This document shows positions 40,524 through 51,957 of a DNA stretch of 64,000 bases, piece by piece. The stretch comes from Clostridia bacterium (lineage in GTDB: Bacteria; Bacillota; Clostridia; UMGS1883), in NCBI GenBank assembly GCA_051866635.1, contig JBJDXJ010000038.1, positions 146,372-210,371 of the forward strand, in the 5' to 3' direction. Within the stretch, counting starts at the first letter, position 1, and every line of letters begins with the position of its first letter. The translations under genes were made by a program, and so were the position numbers. A model generated the notes under the pieces. That model was not told the DNA's origin, ran no database searches, and saw only the letters and a list, made by a program, of their open reading frames with translations.

Positions 40524-41333
40524 ATGAGAAATCAGGAAGCGGAGTTCATTCGCTTAACACAGCAATGCTGGCAGCATTACTGGCAGCTTGATATGGATTT
40601 TATGCTTAGCTATTGCGATGAAAAGGTTACATGGATAGGTGCCGAACAAAATGAATTTATAAGAGGCATAGAAAATGTGAAACAAAATTTTTCCGAGCTT
40701 CTTCTTCATCTTCGCACCTGCCATCTGCTTAATCAGGAATTCTACGCACAGCAATGCGTAAAAAATACCTGCACCGTTATAGGGCGGTATTTGGTTGCGA
40801 CTGACGAAACAAACGATTACTTCTTGCAGGCACAGCAAAGATGCACATTCGTATGGGAAGTTAAAAACAAAGAATATAAAATAATTCATATTCATGTGTC
40901 AAACCCCATGGGGGAGTTAAAGGTTGCAAAGGGGGAACGCTTTGTAAATACCGTAGGATATATGGCAAACAAATATCTTGAAGAGAACTTCAAGAAAAGA
41001 TTTCTTGGAAAACGAATCACTACAACGGACGTAAACGGTGCGGTTCGGTTTATACATTTATCTGAAATAATGTATGTAATAGCACACCGCAACGATTTGG
41101 TTATTGTAACTATCGGCGGAAACATAGAGGTAAAAATGAACATTTCTGAATTTATGGAGCTGGCGGACAGCAAATTTCTGAAGGTTCACCGTAGCTACGC
41201 AATAAATATAGACTTTATGGTGAAGCTGGAAAGGTACGCAGTTACAATGAAAAACGGCGAGCAAATACCCATTCCCGTAAAAAAATATAACGGCTTGCGT
41301 GACGAGATAATTAAAATGAATAACTGCAAATAA
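40524..41333 (+). CDS. SnoaL/NTF2-like sensor + LytTR DNA-binding regulator
   Basis: WIG..E, RCTFVW..HIHVSNP; FLKVHRSYAIN. Confidence 0.85.
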   Translation: MRNQEAEFIRLTQQCWQHYWQLDMDFMLSYCDEKVTWIGAEQNEFIRGIENVKQNFSELLLHLRTCHLLNQEFYAQQCVKNTCTVIGRYLVATDETNDYFLQAQQRCTFVWEVKNKEYKIIHIHVSNPMGELKVAKGERFVNTVGYMANKYLEENFKKRFLGKRITTTDVNGAVRFIHLSEIMYVIAHRNDLVIVTIGGNIEVKMNISEFMELADSKFLKVHRSYAINIDFMVKLERYAVTMKNGEQIPIPVKKYNGLRDEIIKMNNCK

Positions 41334-41351
41334 AAGAAAGGAAAGATAACA

Positions 41352-43712
41352 TTGAAAACAAAAAAAATAATTGCACTGCTTATTGCCGCAATGACTGCAA
41401 TATCGGCATCATATACTGCGGCCGCCACCGGCGGAGATTACGTCACGCGTGGCGAGGCAGCCGAGATGCTTCAAATTGCCGCGGATGATTATAATCCGCA
41501 GATTAAAAAATCCGACATCATTAAAGGTTACGAAGACGGAGAACTCCACGAGGATGAAACCGTCACCCGTGCTCAGGCACTGGTAATGTTAAAGCGTGCC
41601 TTCGGCGATTTGCCCGAGCTTAAAGGCAACAATCTAAGGATTGCCATACCGAAGGAGAGCTTTTCCGATATTCCCGAATGGGCGGAAACGGAGCTTACGC
41701 CCATATTTGACGCCGGCATTGCCGCAGGGACGGGAGATGGAAAATTTTCACCGGATGACCCTGTTACGACAGAACAGATGAAAACTTTTATAAACCGCGT
41801 TTATACTCTGTACGGTTCAAACCTTAAGGACAGCTTTTATGCGACTGTAAACAAAACCGATCTCGAAAATCTCGAAATACCTGCCGGCAACAGTATTGCC
41901 GGAACCATTTACAGTATTAGAGACCAAAGCAACATTCAGGTTTCGGAGCTTATCAAAGAAATCTCCGTTTCTAATCCCAAATCGGGCTCAGCACAGGAGA
42001 AAATTAAAATTCTCTACGACTGCTTTATGGATGTCAAGGCACGCAACGAAGCAGGATATACACCGATTGCAGAGGATTTAAAGACGATTGAAAAAATCCA
42101 AAGCGTGTCGGAATTAAGTGAAATTCTGATAATGGATGGCAGTGCCTCCGCACTGTCGATAATGACCGAATTTACCTTGGGAATTGACAATTTTGACAGC
42201 GGAAAATACATAACTATCCTTTCTCCTGCATCCGCAGATCAGACAAAGCAGGTATACGAGGGAAAAGCGGAAACCCAAAAAAATGCGTATCTTAAATATC
42301 TGGCAGCACTGCTTACTCTGTGCGGCGAGGACGAAAAAAGTGCAGAAAAGGACGCTAAGGCGTTTTTTGAGTTTGAAAAACAGCTCTCGGACGCTTCGCT
42401 TACAATTGCGGAGCAGTACGATTTGGAAAAAACCTACAACATTTACACCCTTGACGAATTAAAAGACATCTTTTCCACTGTGGATTTGGAGACGGAATTT
42501 TTGCGGACCGGTCTTAAGGACAGCGGACGGGTTCTCGTATCCGATAAGGGAAAAATGACTCAGCTTGCTAAAATGCTGACGGACGAAAATATCGATGAAA
42601 TCAAAAATTATCTGAAAATGAAACTGATTATAACATGCTCGAAATATTTCGGCGAGGATTTCAGAAATGTCCGTATTACCTACTATAAGGAAGCCTACGG
42701 CATAGTCGGAGAAAAAACCATGGAGGAGGATGCCGCCGGAATAATTGCAGAAATTCTGCCGGATTATGTAGGGCAGGCTTACGCCGAAAAATATTGCACC
42801 GAAGAGATAATTTACGATGTTAGAAAAATGGTTAACGACATCATAGAGGTGTATCGCAAAAGAATTTCCGCACTGGATTGGATGAGCGAAAAAACTAAAA
42901 GCAAGGCTATTTTAAAGCTCGATTCCATGCGTATTCACATAGGCGCTCCCGATTACGGCAAGATTGCCTCACCGCTGGATACCGCCGTATTTAAAAGCAG
43001 TGAGGACGGCGGCAGCTATTTTTACAACGCAATGGAGATTAAAAAGGCAATCCAAAGGAACGACGCCCGCCTTTCGGGAGAGAGTGTGGATAAGGATCAG
43101 TGGATTACCACGCCGCAGACCGTAAACGCCTTCTATTTTCCAAGTTTTAATTCGATTACCTTCCCGATGGCATTTTTACAGTATCCGGTTTACGATAAAA
43201 ACGCCTCCTATGAAGAAAATCTCGGTGCCTTGGGTTCTGTAATCAGTCATGAAATTACACACGCGTTTGATTCCGAAGGCTCGCAGTACGATGAAAACGG
43301 AAACGCCGTAAATTGGTGGAGCGAGGAGGATAAAATAGCTTTCGCGAAGCTGTGCGAGAATGTGGTATCTTTCTTTGACGGTCAGGAATCCGCACCGGGC
43401 ATCGCCATTGACGGGACGCTGACACTCACCGAAAACATCGCCGATTTGGGCGCGCTCTCCTGCATTACGGAAATCGGCAGTCAGACGGAAAATTTCGATT
43501 TTAAGAAAATGTACGCTTCGTACGCAAGGCTTTGGCTTTCGACCGCCTCGAGAGAATATCTGCAAAGTATGGCGTATGAAGATGTGCACAGCTCCAACAA
43601 GGTACGCACCGACAGAGTGCTGCAAAGTTTGGATAAATTTTATGAGGTATACGAAATCGGTGAAAACGACGGAATGTACGTTCCGCCGGAGGAGAGAGTT
43701 AGGATTTGGTAA
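41352..43712 (+). CDS. SLH-anchored M13 (neprilysin-like) metallopeptidase
   Basis: Signal peptide, SLH repeats (TRAQ), VNAFY, HEITH, ENIAD. Confidence 0.92.
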   Translation: MKTKKIIALLIAAMTAISASYTAAATGGDYVTRGEAAEMLQIAADDYNPQIKKSDIIKGYEDGELHEDETVTRAQALVMLKRAFGDLPELKGNNLRIAIPKESFSDIPEWAETELTPIFDAGIAAGTGDGKFSPDDPVTTEQMKTFINRVYTLYGSNLKDSFYATVNKTDLENLEIPAGNSIAGTIYSIRDQSNIQVSELIKEISVSNPKSGSAQEKIKILYDCFMDVKARNEAGYTPIAEDLKTIEKIQSVSELSEILIMDGSASALSIMTEFTLGIDNFDSGKYITILSPASADQTKQVYEGKAETQKNAYLKYLAALLTLCGEDEKSAEKDAKAFFEFEKQLSDASLTIAEQYDLEKTYNIYTLDELKDIFSTVDLETEFLRTGLKDSGRVLVSDKGKMTQLAKMLTDENIDEIKNYLKMKLIITCSKYFGEDFRNVRITYYKEAYGIVGEKTMEEDAAGIIAEILPDYVGQAYAEKYCTEEIIYDVRKMVNDIIEVYRKRISALDWMSEKTKSKAILKLDSMRIHIGAPDYGKIASPLDTAVFKSSEDGGSYFYNAMEIKKAIQRNDARLSGESVDKDQWITTPQTVNAFYFPSFNSITFPMAFLQYPVYDKNASYEENLGALGSVISHEITHAFDSEGSQYDENGNAVNWWSEEDKIAFAKLCENVVSFFDGQESAPGIAIDGTLTLTENIADLGALSCITEIGSQTENFDFKKMYASYARLWLSTASREYLQSMAYEDVHSSNKVRTDRVLQSLDKFYEVYEIGENDGMYVPPEERVRIW

Positions 43713-43752
43713 GGTCTAAACAGAGTAATACTAACATATAGGGGGAAATCAG

Positions 43753-46700
43753 ATGAAACTTAAGTTGACAGCATTTCTGCTGGCTTTTATCATGGCTTTG
43801 CAGGTGTCGGGTCTGTCTGCTTTTGCACAGCAGACAGGGGAGAATTTACAGGAATCTGCCGTGAATGGAGAAAATTCCGCAGAAAAGACTGACGGAAACA
43901 CCTCGCCGACAGAGGAAGAGACTGTCGGAGAAGATGAAACTGTCGGAGAAAACGAGACTTCCGAAGTGGAGACGCCCGAAGAAGATGAGCCTTCCGAAGG
44001 GGAAGAGCCTACCGAAGGGGAAGAGTATGCCGAAGGCAGTGTGTTCAACTTTTCAGCAGCTAAATACGTGATGACTGAAACGGACGGGAACTGTGAGATT
44101 TTTGTGGAGCGACAGGGCAGTGCGGACGCTGAGGCGGATGTGGTGTTTAAGCTTGTTGACATTCTCGCAGTTTACGATAGAGATTATACGGTTTTGGACG
44201 AAAGCGGCAATATACTTCAAAAGGCGGACGGAACGGTGCTTGCACCTGAGGAAATGCAAAGGTTTTTGGCGCAACAGGACAAGCCAAAATCTCAGGAGAC
44301 ATCTGCGGATAGCGGACGCGACGATATTTTTGAGGTGCGTAACACCATGCTTGGAATCGACTCGGACAACGGGGAAGAACAGGCAATCAAAAACGAAATC
44401 CAAACCGCTGTGGAAACGGTAAACACGGAATTGTTCAATGCAGAGGGCATTTCCGGCGTCCTGCATTTTGCAAGCGGAGAAACCCGCAAGAGCTTTACCG
44501 TTGTTCCGGTGGATAACGATACGGGTGAATCGGACAAAACAGTGCTCCTTGCTCTCATAGGTGCCTCGGAGGGCAGCATTGCACCCAATGCGACGGCGAG
44601 TCTTGTCATTATGGACGACGAACCCTATGAGCCGCCCATCTTTGAGATGACGGAAAGAGATGTTACTCTGGAAGCTTCCGAGCCGCAGGCGGAGCTGACC
44701 GTACGACGCATCACAGGTGAGAGGTATTACAGCACCGTGTTAGTATCCACCTATTCAATGACGGCGCAGAGCAGTGTGGATTTTGTGCCTCTTAACAATC
44801 ATCAGATAGTGTTTGCACCGGGCGAAACGGAGCATACTGTGACGGTGGAGGCACTGAACTTTGACTATTGCGGTAGCTTTGGAGTGCGTATTGTCGGTGA
44901 CGGCAGCTGCCAAATCGGTGAAAATGACCGCACGATTGTACATATTTCCGGTGAAAAATCCGAACCGGAAGAAACAGAGCCTGAAGAGACCGTTCCCACG
45001 GCAACACTGTTTGAGACACAGGCAAATACGGTTTCGCTTGATTCCGCAGAAGATGAAGCATGGGACGGTGTGTTGGGGTCCAAGTTTTACCGTGTGAAGG
45101 ATTTGAATATGTGGCGGAGCAAGATGGATTATGATTGGACAATTCTCTTAAGTACGGGAGTCCGCAAGACTACGGAAGTCCGCAAGACGATAAAGCTCGG
45201 CGAGGAGGTTATCGTAGATAGCGGCGGCTCAGTATGTCTCAAAATCGACCTCGATTTAGGCGCGATCAACGCCAATGTTGAAAATATTTCTCTTGATATA
45301 AAAACAAAAGAGGTGTACAGTTATGACCTAACCTACGCGGACAGAAGTATGAAGGGAGGCTGGGAAAAGTCGAATGGATACAATATAGATGCCCCCGTTT
45401 CGCAGAATTGGGAAAGCAGAACCTTTAACATTGGTAAATTTCCGACCTCCTCAAGCTCCACCAACAGATATAACTATGTAATAGAACCGGCAGACTATTT
45501 TCCCGGAGATTTGGATGTCGTTGTTGAAGGGTGCACATATGAGTTTAAAGAAAAGTACGCCGTAAAAACGATGGAGGCGGAAGAAGTAAAAACGGTGCCG
45601 TATTTCAACTTAAATACGACGGAAAGTGCTGAATACTTGGTAAATTATAAGCCACCGAGTATTAAACTGCAAACCGACGACGGCAAGAACATAGACGCAT
45701 TTTATCCCACAGATGAAATGATAAATATTGTCTGCGACAATAACGATGCGATTTTGCACGGCATGAATCTAAACGGAGTCGTTGTTTCAAACCACGTATT
45801 GAGCGACAGCGAGCTTCGCAGATTAAAAAACAGCTGCAATTGTTCTTATGCCGCATATTTAACGCAGGACGAGTTTAAAATAAGTGGCATGGACCTTACT
45901 AAAAAGATAACAGAAAGCACGGAAACCTATTACTTTTATCCGGACTTCCGCACGGTATATACGAAAGTATGGCTTGAATCCGCAGACGACGGAGAAACGA
46001 CAATTCACTCGCAGCAAGGAGATTGTTTTTACACCAAAACCGGTTCGGTAATAGAGGGAAAGGGCTTTGCCGGTGCCAACAGGGTGATTACGGGTTATGC
46101 TGTTTACGGCCTCAACCTGCTTCTCGGCATGGCATCGCCTCGGACTCTTATCAGCGTGTACCGTCACCCGGAGGATTCGTCCTTGCTGGGCGGCGAAGGC
46201 AGTCTGTTTTTTGTGCCCTTTGTACCGCCTGAGTTTACATATGTGTACATTGTTCCGCTGACGGAATTTCAGGATCTGACCATCAAGCCGCATCCCAGTA
46301 CCAAAAACGAAACCATATATGAGACGGTGACCGACCCGGAAACGGGAGAGGCTGTAGAACGCGAGGTCACCTATGGAGGACGCATTTTCTTAAACCGTGT
46401 TTTCGGCGAGGGAGAGGACGGTGCCGGGCAAGTTGCGGCGGATGAAGACGGACAGATTTATTTTGATTCCGTTAACAGTAACGCTGTTTTTACGCTGAAT
46501 TCGCTTACTCCGAACGGTTACATCACCGAATGGGTGAACGGCACCATGGACTTTGACGAGGACGGCATTGTTGACGGCGAGCAGGCAGGCGGAATGAGTC
46601 AGTCAAAGGTAGACAGTTTGTATATCCCTGTTTACGGCAACCAGTTTGTCTATCAGGTGAATCAGGTTAATCCGAAATACTATTATCGGTTTACAAAATT

Positions 46701-49700
46701 TGACCCGTCCCGATTGCTGAACGGTCAGACGCGCGTTGGCTATGTTAAACAGGACAAACGCACAATTCTGGACTATGACGGCAGTGAACCCGGGTACAAG
46801 GATTTGGTACCGTGCTCGGGTGCAGTGGTGCAAATTGGTGAAAACACGGCTGTAACAGATGAGAACGGACGGTATGAAATCAAAATGGACGGAATTCCGG
46901 ACGCGGTGCGTGTCAGTACGGCAATCCGCACTGAAAACGGCAATTTCATCACGCACATCCAGTCCAATGTGGAAAACAACATTTCTATTCCGTGTTACGA
47001 CACCTTTGAGCCTTACGGTGTAACGGCGGCTTACAAAAACGAATCCCCCACTTCGGTGCGCGGACTGAAGGTGGCGGATAATGAACTGACTGTTACGGTT
47101 AAGGTAAAACACGAGGAAAACGGAATGTATATTAAGGACGCGCTGTTCTATATTGTTGACAGCAGCGGAAAAAAGGTGCTGGACTGCAATGAAAAATCGA
47201 AAGAGCCGGACAGCAGCTATGAAATCACCTATACCACCGATGAAACCTTTGGTTATGCGACTTTAAAAATGAATCCCAAAGTTGATATGGTATCGGGCAA
47301 TCAGATTTATGTGCAATTTATGGATCAGAACGGAGCGGTACACCGTGCTATGAATCTGGGTTACCGCTTTTTAGAGCAGCTGGATCTGGGCACCTTTATT
47401 CTGGGTGCCATCGGTTCCTCGTCTGTTGCCGATACGACCGAAACTGTCGTGGATTTGCTCGGCGCTCCGCTGTTTGACTTTGATATGGGACAAATCAGCG
47501 GCTTTACAACCACCACCGGTATTATTGAGCCGGACGCGCAGCTCTATGAAAACGGCAATCCGGTGTATCAGTATGATGCTACGCTTTACAGCTATCGTTG
47601 GGCATCGGACGGATTCGGAAACTGGAGTAACCTCTCGGACGACTCTGAGAATTCCGACGAGGACAGTGATGCGTCGCAGTTTAATGCACAGCACGGGGAA
47701 TTACTCAGCAAGATACAAAGCGGTGAACCAAGTAAATTTGAGCTTCCTGAGGGGGACTCTGCCAATGGAGAAGCACAAAAGGAACAGCAGAAACCAAAGG
47801 GAGCAGAGCTTAGCAACAGCGAGAAGACATCCGTTGCCTCTAAATATAATTTTGAGCTTTCTCCGTCCGTTCGCTTTGATATGATTACCACGGTACGCCC
47901 CGTAACGGCAGCGGATGGTAGCGTGAACTATAAGCACTACTTTGAGGAAATGTCACTGGGAGTAGGTCTGACCTTTGAGGCTGCCTCCAGAACGGAGATT
48001 TCCTTCCCAATTGGTATTTCCATTATGATTAAGCCGTCTCTGTCAGGCTCTGTGGAAGCTGTATATTACATGAAAACCGATTACAGCGGCGACAAGTTTT
48101 GGACAGAGAGAGCCATTGAGTACTCGGCGGACAGCTTCGGACTCTTTAATGATTTCGGAGGCAATATGTACCGTGCGGGCTATGTCAACTTAAATCCGAA
48201 GGTCGCAATTGCCGCCGGTGTGAAGGCCGCGATTGCCGAGGTTGATGTAAACGCTTCCTTCGACTTTGACATGGACTTTCGATTTGACAATCATGGTACG
48301 GCAACCTACGGCAATATGATTTACGGCGTGGGAATCAATATTCTCATTCTGAATTTCTCGGTGTACAAAAAGAAGCTGGCAAACGGTACTGTCCATTTAT
48401 TCGGACAGAGCAAACCCCTCGGTGACGGCAATATCTCGCTGATGTCGGATAGAATGAATCGGGCGGTTCAAAATGCATTTTCAGACGGAGACACCGAAGT
48501 GTCAGCGGCTGACCGCAGTTATCTTGCAGAACGCGGCGAATGGAACGAGAATAACCCGGAAGATGATGCTATGGCGTTTAGTCTGTTTACGCTTGATGAA
48601 CAGACTAAAGAGGATCATCCTCTGGACAGACTGCTGCAAAACGGAGTGATGCCGGGCGGACAGATGGATTCAGCCATGTTGGATGAAGATACAATGTTTG
48701 TGGTATATATTGATGACGCCGGTACAGACCGTGGAGCAAATGACAGAAGCTGTGCGTATTATACCTACACCAACGAGGACGGCAGCTGGCAGGAGCCTGC
48801 CGCACTGGAGGACGACGGTACCGCAGACAGCGAACCGGTTATATACGATATGGGTGAGAGTCTGCTGATTGCCTGGCTGACAGAGGATCAAACCTTTGAC
48901 GGAGCGGAGGATTCACTGGAAACCGTTCGTCAGTCGCTGAATGCACTGAATATTCATGCGGTGTTCTTTGATAAGGAGACAAGAACCTTCAGCGAAATTG
49001 ATAAGGTGACACAAACCACCGATAAGGATTTAAGTGCGGAGGGCAGCATCGCGATTACTTCGCTGGACGGCGGAAATGTGAGAATTTACTACACCAAAAC
49101 CCAGTACAGACAGAATCCTTCGGACGTGAACGAACTGATTGCGACCGATTCGGTCATTGCCTACCGCGACTGCATCGAAGGCATCTGGAGCGAGGAAATG
49201 ACACAGGAGGAAAAGGACAATATTTTGGAAAGCGGCGGCAATGTTGAGGAATATGAGACGCAGTGGTACGGACAGCATTTTGTGGATACCCGTATCAATG
49301 GGGCGTGGCCGCTGGTAACTGATTTGGAAGCGGATATCCTATGTGACAGCTGGACCTACTTTGCCTTTATCGCAGATCGGGACGGTAGTCTGGAGACAAC
49401 CGGCGACCGACGGGTATTTTTACTCTTTGACGCTTACGATGCACCGATATGCGTAACAGCGGAGGAGGGTGCTTACGACGATTTGCAGTTCTGTTACAGC
49501 GGCAGTGAGCTACTGTTGATGTTTAAGACAAATAAGGCAAAGGGTACATTTGACGGCGAGAAGAAAAATCTGGGCGGTATTTCCTATATTAACCTGTCCA
49601 ATGTATTTGAAAAAACGACATATACCGCTTCCTTTGACGGCGAAAACGGTTACTATCAGATGGTGATTTCCGGCGTGAAGGACGGTGAATCGATTGAAAT

Positions 49701-51957
49701 TCCCTATGTGCCGGAGGATGCAGTTATACTGGATGGAATGGTTCAGAACTATACTGTATTTGCAGACAGCGGCGAACGCATCTACGTGCTGTGGAATGAA
49801 AATACGGTTAACGATGACGGAACTGTCGGCATTCAGGTTTACACCTCCGTTTACAACGGAAAACCGGAGTGGACAGAGGGAGCGGAGAAAAATATCAGAG
49901 CCATGGGCAGAACATGGAGCTATCCGGTCCTTATGACCTCACCGATTTACGGCAGTTACAACTCCTTTACGGCACAAAGTATTACCGGAGACGGAATTGC
50001 ATTTGTTGCCAAGCGCACGTCCGCTGACGAAGAGGGGACGCCTCAGCTGGTATTCCATCTCCGTGCACCTTATGCGAGCTTTGTTTTCAGCGATCAGCTT
50101 TACGATACCAAGTACATTTATGAAGGCGAGCCGGTTCATCTGACAGCAGACGTTATCAATACGGGACTGTTGGCGGAAAAAACGGAGATGGTGGAATCCG
50201 GAGCAGGAAACACGTGGAAGGCTCTGCCCGGAAGATACCTTGTTACATTTGAAAGCGTGACGGACGGCACGGCGACAGAGATTGCCTCCTATGAATTGGA
50301 AACCGTGTGGAATGTGGGAACAACCATTTCTGCAGACTGCACCTGGTTACCGGAGGAGGTGTCGGACAATATGGATCTGCGTATTTTAGTTACGGATGCG
50401 GACACGGGAGAAGAGATTTGCAGCACGACCCGACCGATTGTAAAGCAGACGGAGCTAAACTTAGGTCAGCTGGAGATTTTAAACCAAACAAAGAACAATG
50501 TGTCGGTAACCTTTACCTTAAGTAATAGTGGCAACATCACCGCAAGTCCCACTGTAGTGATTTATGCATCAGACGAGGACGGAGAGAAAACGGATCTGAC
50601 TCGTATTCAGACAGGGGAGATTTTGCCTTTGGCAGCTACCGAGCAGTACATTCCTTTGGAAATTCCTGAGCAGTATCAAACTATTGAGGACGGTCAGGGA
50701 ACATTTAGGCTATTGATTGCAATTTTAGAAGGAGATGAGGTCTCCTTCAGTACCGAAACGAGTGGAAGCATCCCCTACGATGAAAAAGCCATGGCAGACA
50801 TTGCAACGGTGGAAGATTTCAGAGTGGAGCAGACCTCTTTGAAGCTGAAAAAGGGTGAAACTGCACAGCTGACGGCGGTTTTGACAGAACAGGAAGGCAC
50901 TGAGCGTAATCGTGTGGTTTATACCAGCTCGGATGAATCGGTAGCAGACGTCAGTGCGGACGGTACGGTTACGGCTGTCGGAAACGGAAAGGCAGTGATT
51001 ACAGCCTACGTTGTTCCAAAAACGGAATGGATTGCGGTTCTGTCGGACGGCTCTACGCAGATCAAAGATATGCGAGAGGCGATTCCGGACAGTATGATCA
51101 GGTCACAGGAAATAAGCGTGGTGGTATCCTCCAGCTCGGGTGGCAGCGGAGGCAGCACATCTTATACCGTTTCCTTTGATACCTGCGGCGGCAGTGCGGC
51201 AGACAGTGTGAGCGTGAACGGAAACGCCTTACTTTCGAAACCGCAGGATCCCACGAGAGAGGGCTATACCTTTGTGGGCTGGTTTACGGATGAGAAATGT
51301 ACACAGCCTTATGATTTCAGCAGGAAGGTAACAGGTGATCTCACGCTGTATGCAAAATGGATTGAAGGCAGTTCGCAGACAGGCGAATGGGAAAATCCAT
51401 TTTCCGATGTGAAGGAATCCGACTGGTTCTATAACAGCATATCCTATGTGTGTAAAAATAACCTGTTTGCGGGTGTAAGCAACACACAGTTTGCACCGGA
51501 TCATCCGATGACGAGGGCAATGCTGGTAACAGTGCTGTACCGTGCAGAAGGGGAACCTGATATGAAAAATGGAATTTGGGGTTACCCCTTTAGAGATGTA
51601 GATGCGGAAAGCTGGTACGGCAAAGCAGTTTATTGGGCACGGAAAAACGGCATTGTAAACGGCGTTACGGAAGAGGATTTTGATCCCGACAGCGATATTA
51701 CTCGTGAGCAGATTGCGGTAATCATGTACAGATATGCAAAATATAAGGGCTATGATGTAAGTGTTGGTGAAAGCACAAACATTCTTTCCTACGCCGACTT
51801 TGACGAAATATCCGAGTATGCAATTTCCGCTATGCAGTATACTGTTGGAAGTGGTTTGATGAATGGAAAAACAGAAAGCACAATCAATCCGCTTGATAAT
51901 GCAACAAGAGCAGAGGTTGCGACAATACTTCAAAGATTTCTTGAATTAAATAAGTAA
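43753..51957 (+). CDS. Giant S-layer-anchored surface protein (Calx-beta, Ig-like Big_2, InlB B-repeat, 3x SLH)
   Basis: 2734 aa; signal peptide; LHFASGETRK and VFAPGETEH; YTSSDESVA.V; PTREGYTFVGW; three SLH (TRAM/TREQ/TRAE). Confidence 0.85.
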   Translation: MKLKLTAFLLAFIMALQVSGLSAFAQQTGENLQESAVNGENSAEKTDGNTSPTEEETVGEDETVGENETSEVETPEEDEPSEGEEPTEGEEYAEGSVFNFSAAKYVMTETDGNCEIFVERQGSADAEADVVFKLVDILAVYDRDYTVLDESGNILQKADGTVLAPEEMQRFLAQQDKPKSQETSADSGRDDIFEVRNTMLGIDSDNGEEQAIKNEIQTAVETVNTELFNAEGISGVLHFASGETRKSFTVVPVDNDTGESDKTVLLALIGASEGSIAPNATASLVIMDDEPYEPPIFEMTERDVTLEASEPQAELTVRRITGERYYSTVLVSTYSMTAQSSVDFVPLNNHQIVFAPGETEHTVTVEALNFDYCGSFGVRIVGDGSCQIGENDRTIVHISGEKSEPEETEPEETVPTATLFETQANTVSLDSAEDEAWDGVLGSKFYRVKDLNMWRSKMDYDWTILLSTGVRKTTEVRKTIKLGEEVIVDSGGSVCLKIDLDLGAINANVENISLDIKTKEVYSYDLTYADRSMKGGWEKSNGYNIDAPVSQNWESRTFNIGKFPTSSSSTNRYNYVIEPADYFPGDLDVVVEGCTYEFKEKYAVKTMEAEEVKTVPYFNLNTTESAEYLVNYKPPSIKLQTDDGKNIDAFYPTDEMINIVCDNNDAILHGMNLNGVVVSNHVLSDSELRRLKNSCNCSYAAYLTQDEFKISGMDLTKKITESTETYYFYPDFRTVYTKVWLESADDGETTIHSQQGDCFYTKTGSVIEGKGFAGANRVITGYAVYGLNLLLGMASPRTLISVYRHPEDSSLLGGEGSLFFVPFVPPEFTYVYIVPLTEFQDLTIKPHPSTKNETIYETVTDPETGEAVEREVTYGGRIFLNRVFGEGEDGAGQVAADEDGQIYFDSVNSNAVFTLNSLTPNGYITEWVNGTMDFDEDGIVDGEQAGGMSQSKVDSLYIPVYGNQFVYQVNQVNPKYYYRFTKFDPSRLLNGQTRVGYVKQDKRTILDYDGSEPGYKDLVPCSGAVVQIGENTAVTDENGRYEIKMDGIPDAVRVSTAIRTENGNFITHIQSNVENNISIPCYDTFEPYGVTAAYKNESPTSVRGLKVADNELTVTVKVKHEENGMYIKDALFYIVDSSGKKVLDCNEKSKEPDSSYEITYTTDETFGYATLKMNPKVDMVSGNQIYVQFMDQNGAVHRAMNLGYRFLEQLDLGTFILGAIGSSSVADTTETVVDLLGAPLFDFDMGQISGFTTTTGIIEPDAQLYENGNPVYQYDATLYSYRWASDGFGNWSNLSDDSENSDEDSDASQFNAQHGELLSKIQSGEPSKFELPEGDSANGEAQKEQQKPKGAELSNSEKTSVASKYNFELSPSVRFDMITTVRPVTAADGSVNYKHYFEEMSLGVGLTFEAASRTEISFPIGISIMIKPSLSGSVEAVYYMKTDYSGDKFWTERAIEYSADSFGLFNDFGGNMYRAGYVNLNPKVAIAAGVKAAIAEVDVNASFDFDMDFRFDNHGTATYGNMIYGVGINILILNFSVYKKKLANGTVHLFGQSKPLGDGNISLMSDRMNRAVQNAFSDGDTEVSAADRSYLAERGEWNENNPEDDAMAFSLFTLDEQTKEDHPLDRLLQNGVMPGGQMDSAMLDEDTMFVVYIDDAGTDRGANDRSCAYYTYTNEDGSWQEPAALEDDGTADSEPVIYDMGESLLIAWLTEDQTFDGAEDSLETVRQSLNALNIHAVFFDKETRTFSEIDKVTQTTDKDLSAEGSIAITSLDGGNVRIYYTKTQYRQNPSDVNELIATDSVIAYRDCIEGIWSEEMTQEEKDNILESGGNVEEYETQWYGQHFVDTRINGAWPLVTDLEADILCDSWTYFAFIADRDGSLETTGDRRVFLLFDAYDAPICVTAEEGAYDDLQFCYSGSELLLMFKTNKAKGTFDGEKKNLGGISYINLSNVFEKTTYTASFDGENGYYQMVISGVKDGESIEIPYVPEDAVILDGMVQNYTVFADSGERIYVLWNENTVNDDGTVGIQVYTSVYNGKPEWTEGAEKNIRAMGRTWSYPVLMTSPIYGSYNSFTAQSITGDGIAFVAKRTSADEEGTPQLVFHLRAPYASFVFSDQLYDTKYIYEGEPVHLTADVINTGLLAEKTEMVESGAGNTWKALPGRYLVTFESVTDGTATEIASYELETVWNVGTTISADCTWLPEEVSDNMDLRILVTDADTGEEICSTTRPIVKQTELNLGQLEILNQTKNNVSVTFTLSNSGNITASPTVVIYASDEDGEKTDLTRIQTGEILPLAATEQYIPLEIPEQYQTIEDGQGTFRLLIAILEGDEVSFSTETSGSIPYDEKAMADIATVEDFRVEQTSLKLKKGETAQLTAVLTEQEGTERNRVVYTSSDESVADVSADGTVTAVGNGKAVITAYVVPKTEWIAVLSDGSTQIKDMREAIPDSMIRSQEISVVVSSSSGGSGGSTSYTVSFDTCGGSAADSVSVNGNALLSKPQDPTREGYTFVGWFTDEKCTQPYDFSRKVTGDLTLYAKWIEGSSQTGEWENPFSDVKESDWFYNSISYVCKNNLFAGVSNTQFAPDHPMTRAMLVTVLYRAEGEPDMKNGIWGYPFRDVDAESWYGKAVYWARKNGIVNGVTEEDFDPDSDITREQIAVIMYRYAKYKGYDVSVGESTNILSYADFDEISEYAISAMQYTVGSGLMNGKTESTINPLDNATRAEVATILQRFLELNK

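Noticed and set aside
45152-45189. 18-bp tandem repeat in the giant gene
   Set aside because: In-frame two-copy duplication, no sign of phase variation
43749-51933. Many antisense and alternate-frame ORFs in the track
   Set aside because: Shadows of long real genes, no RBS or motifs
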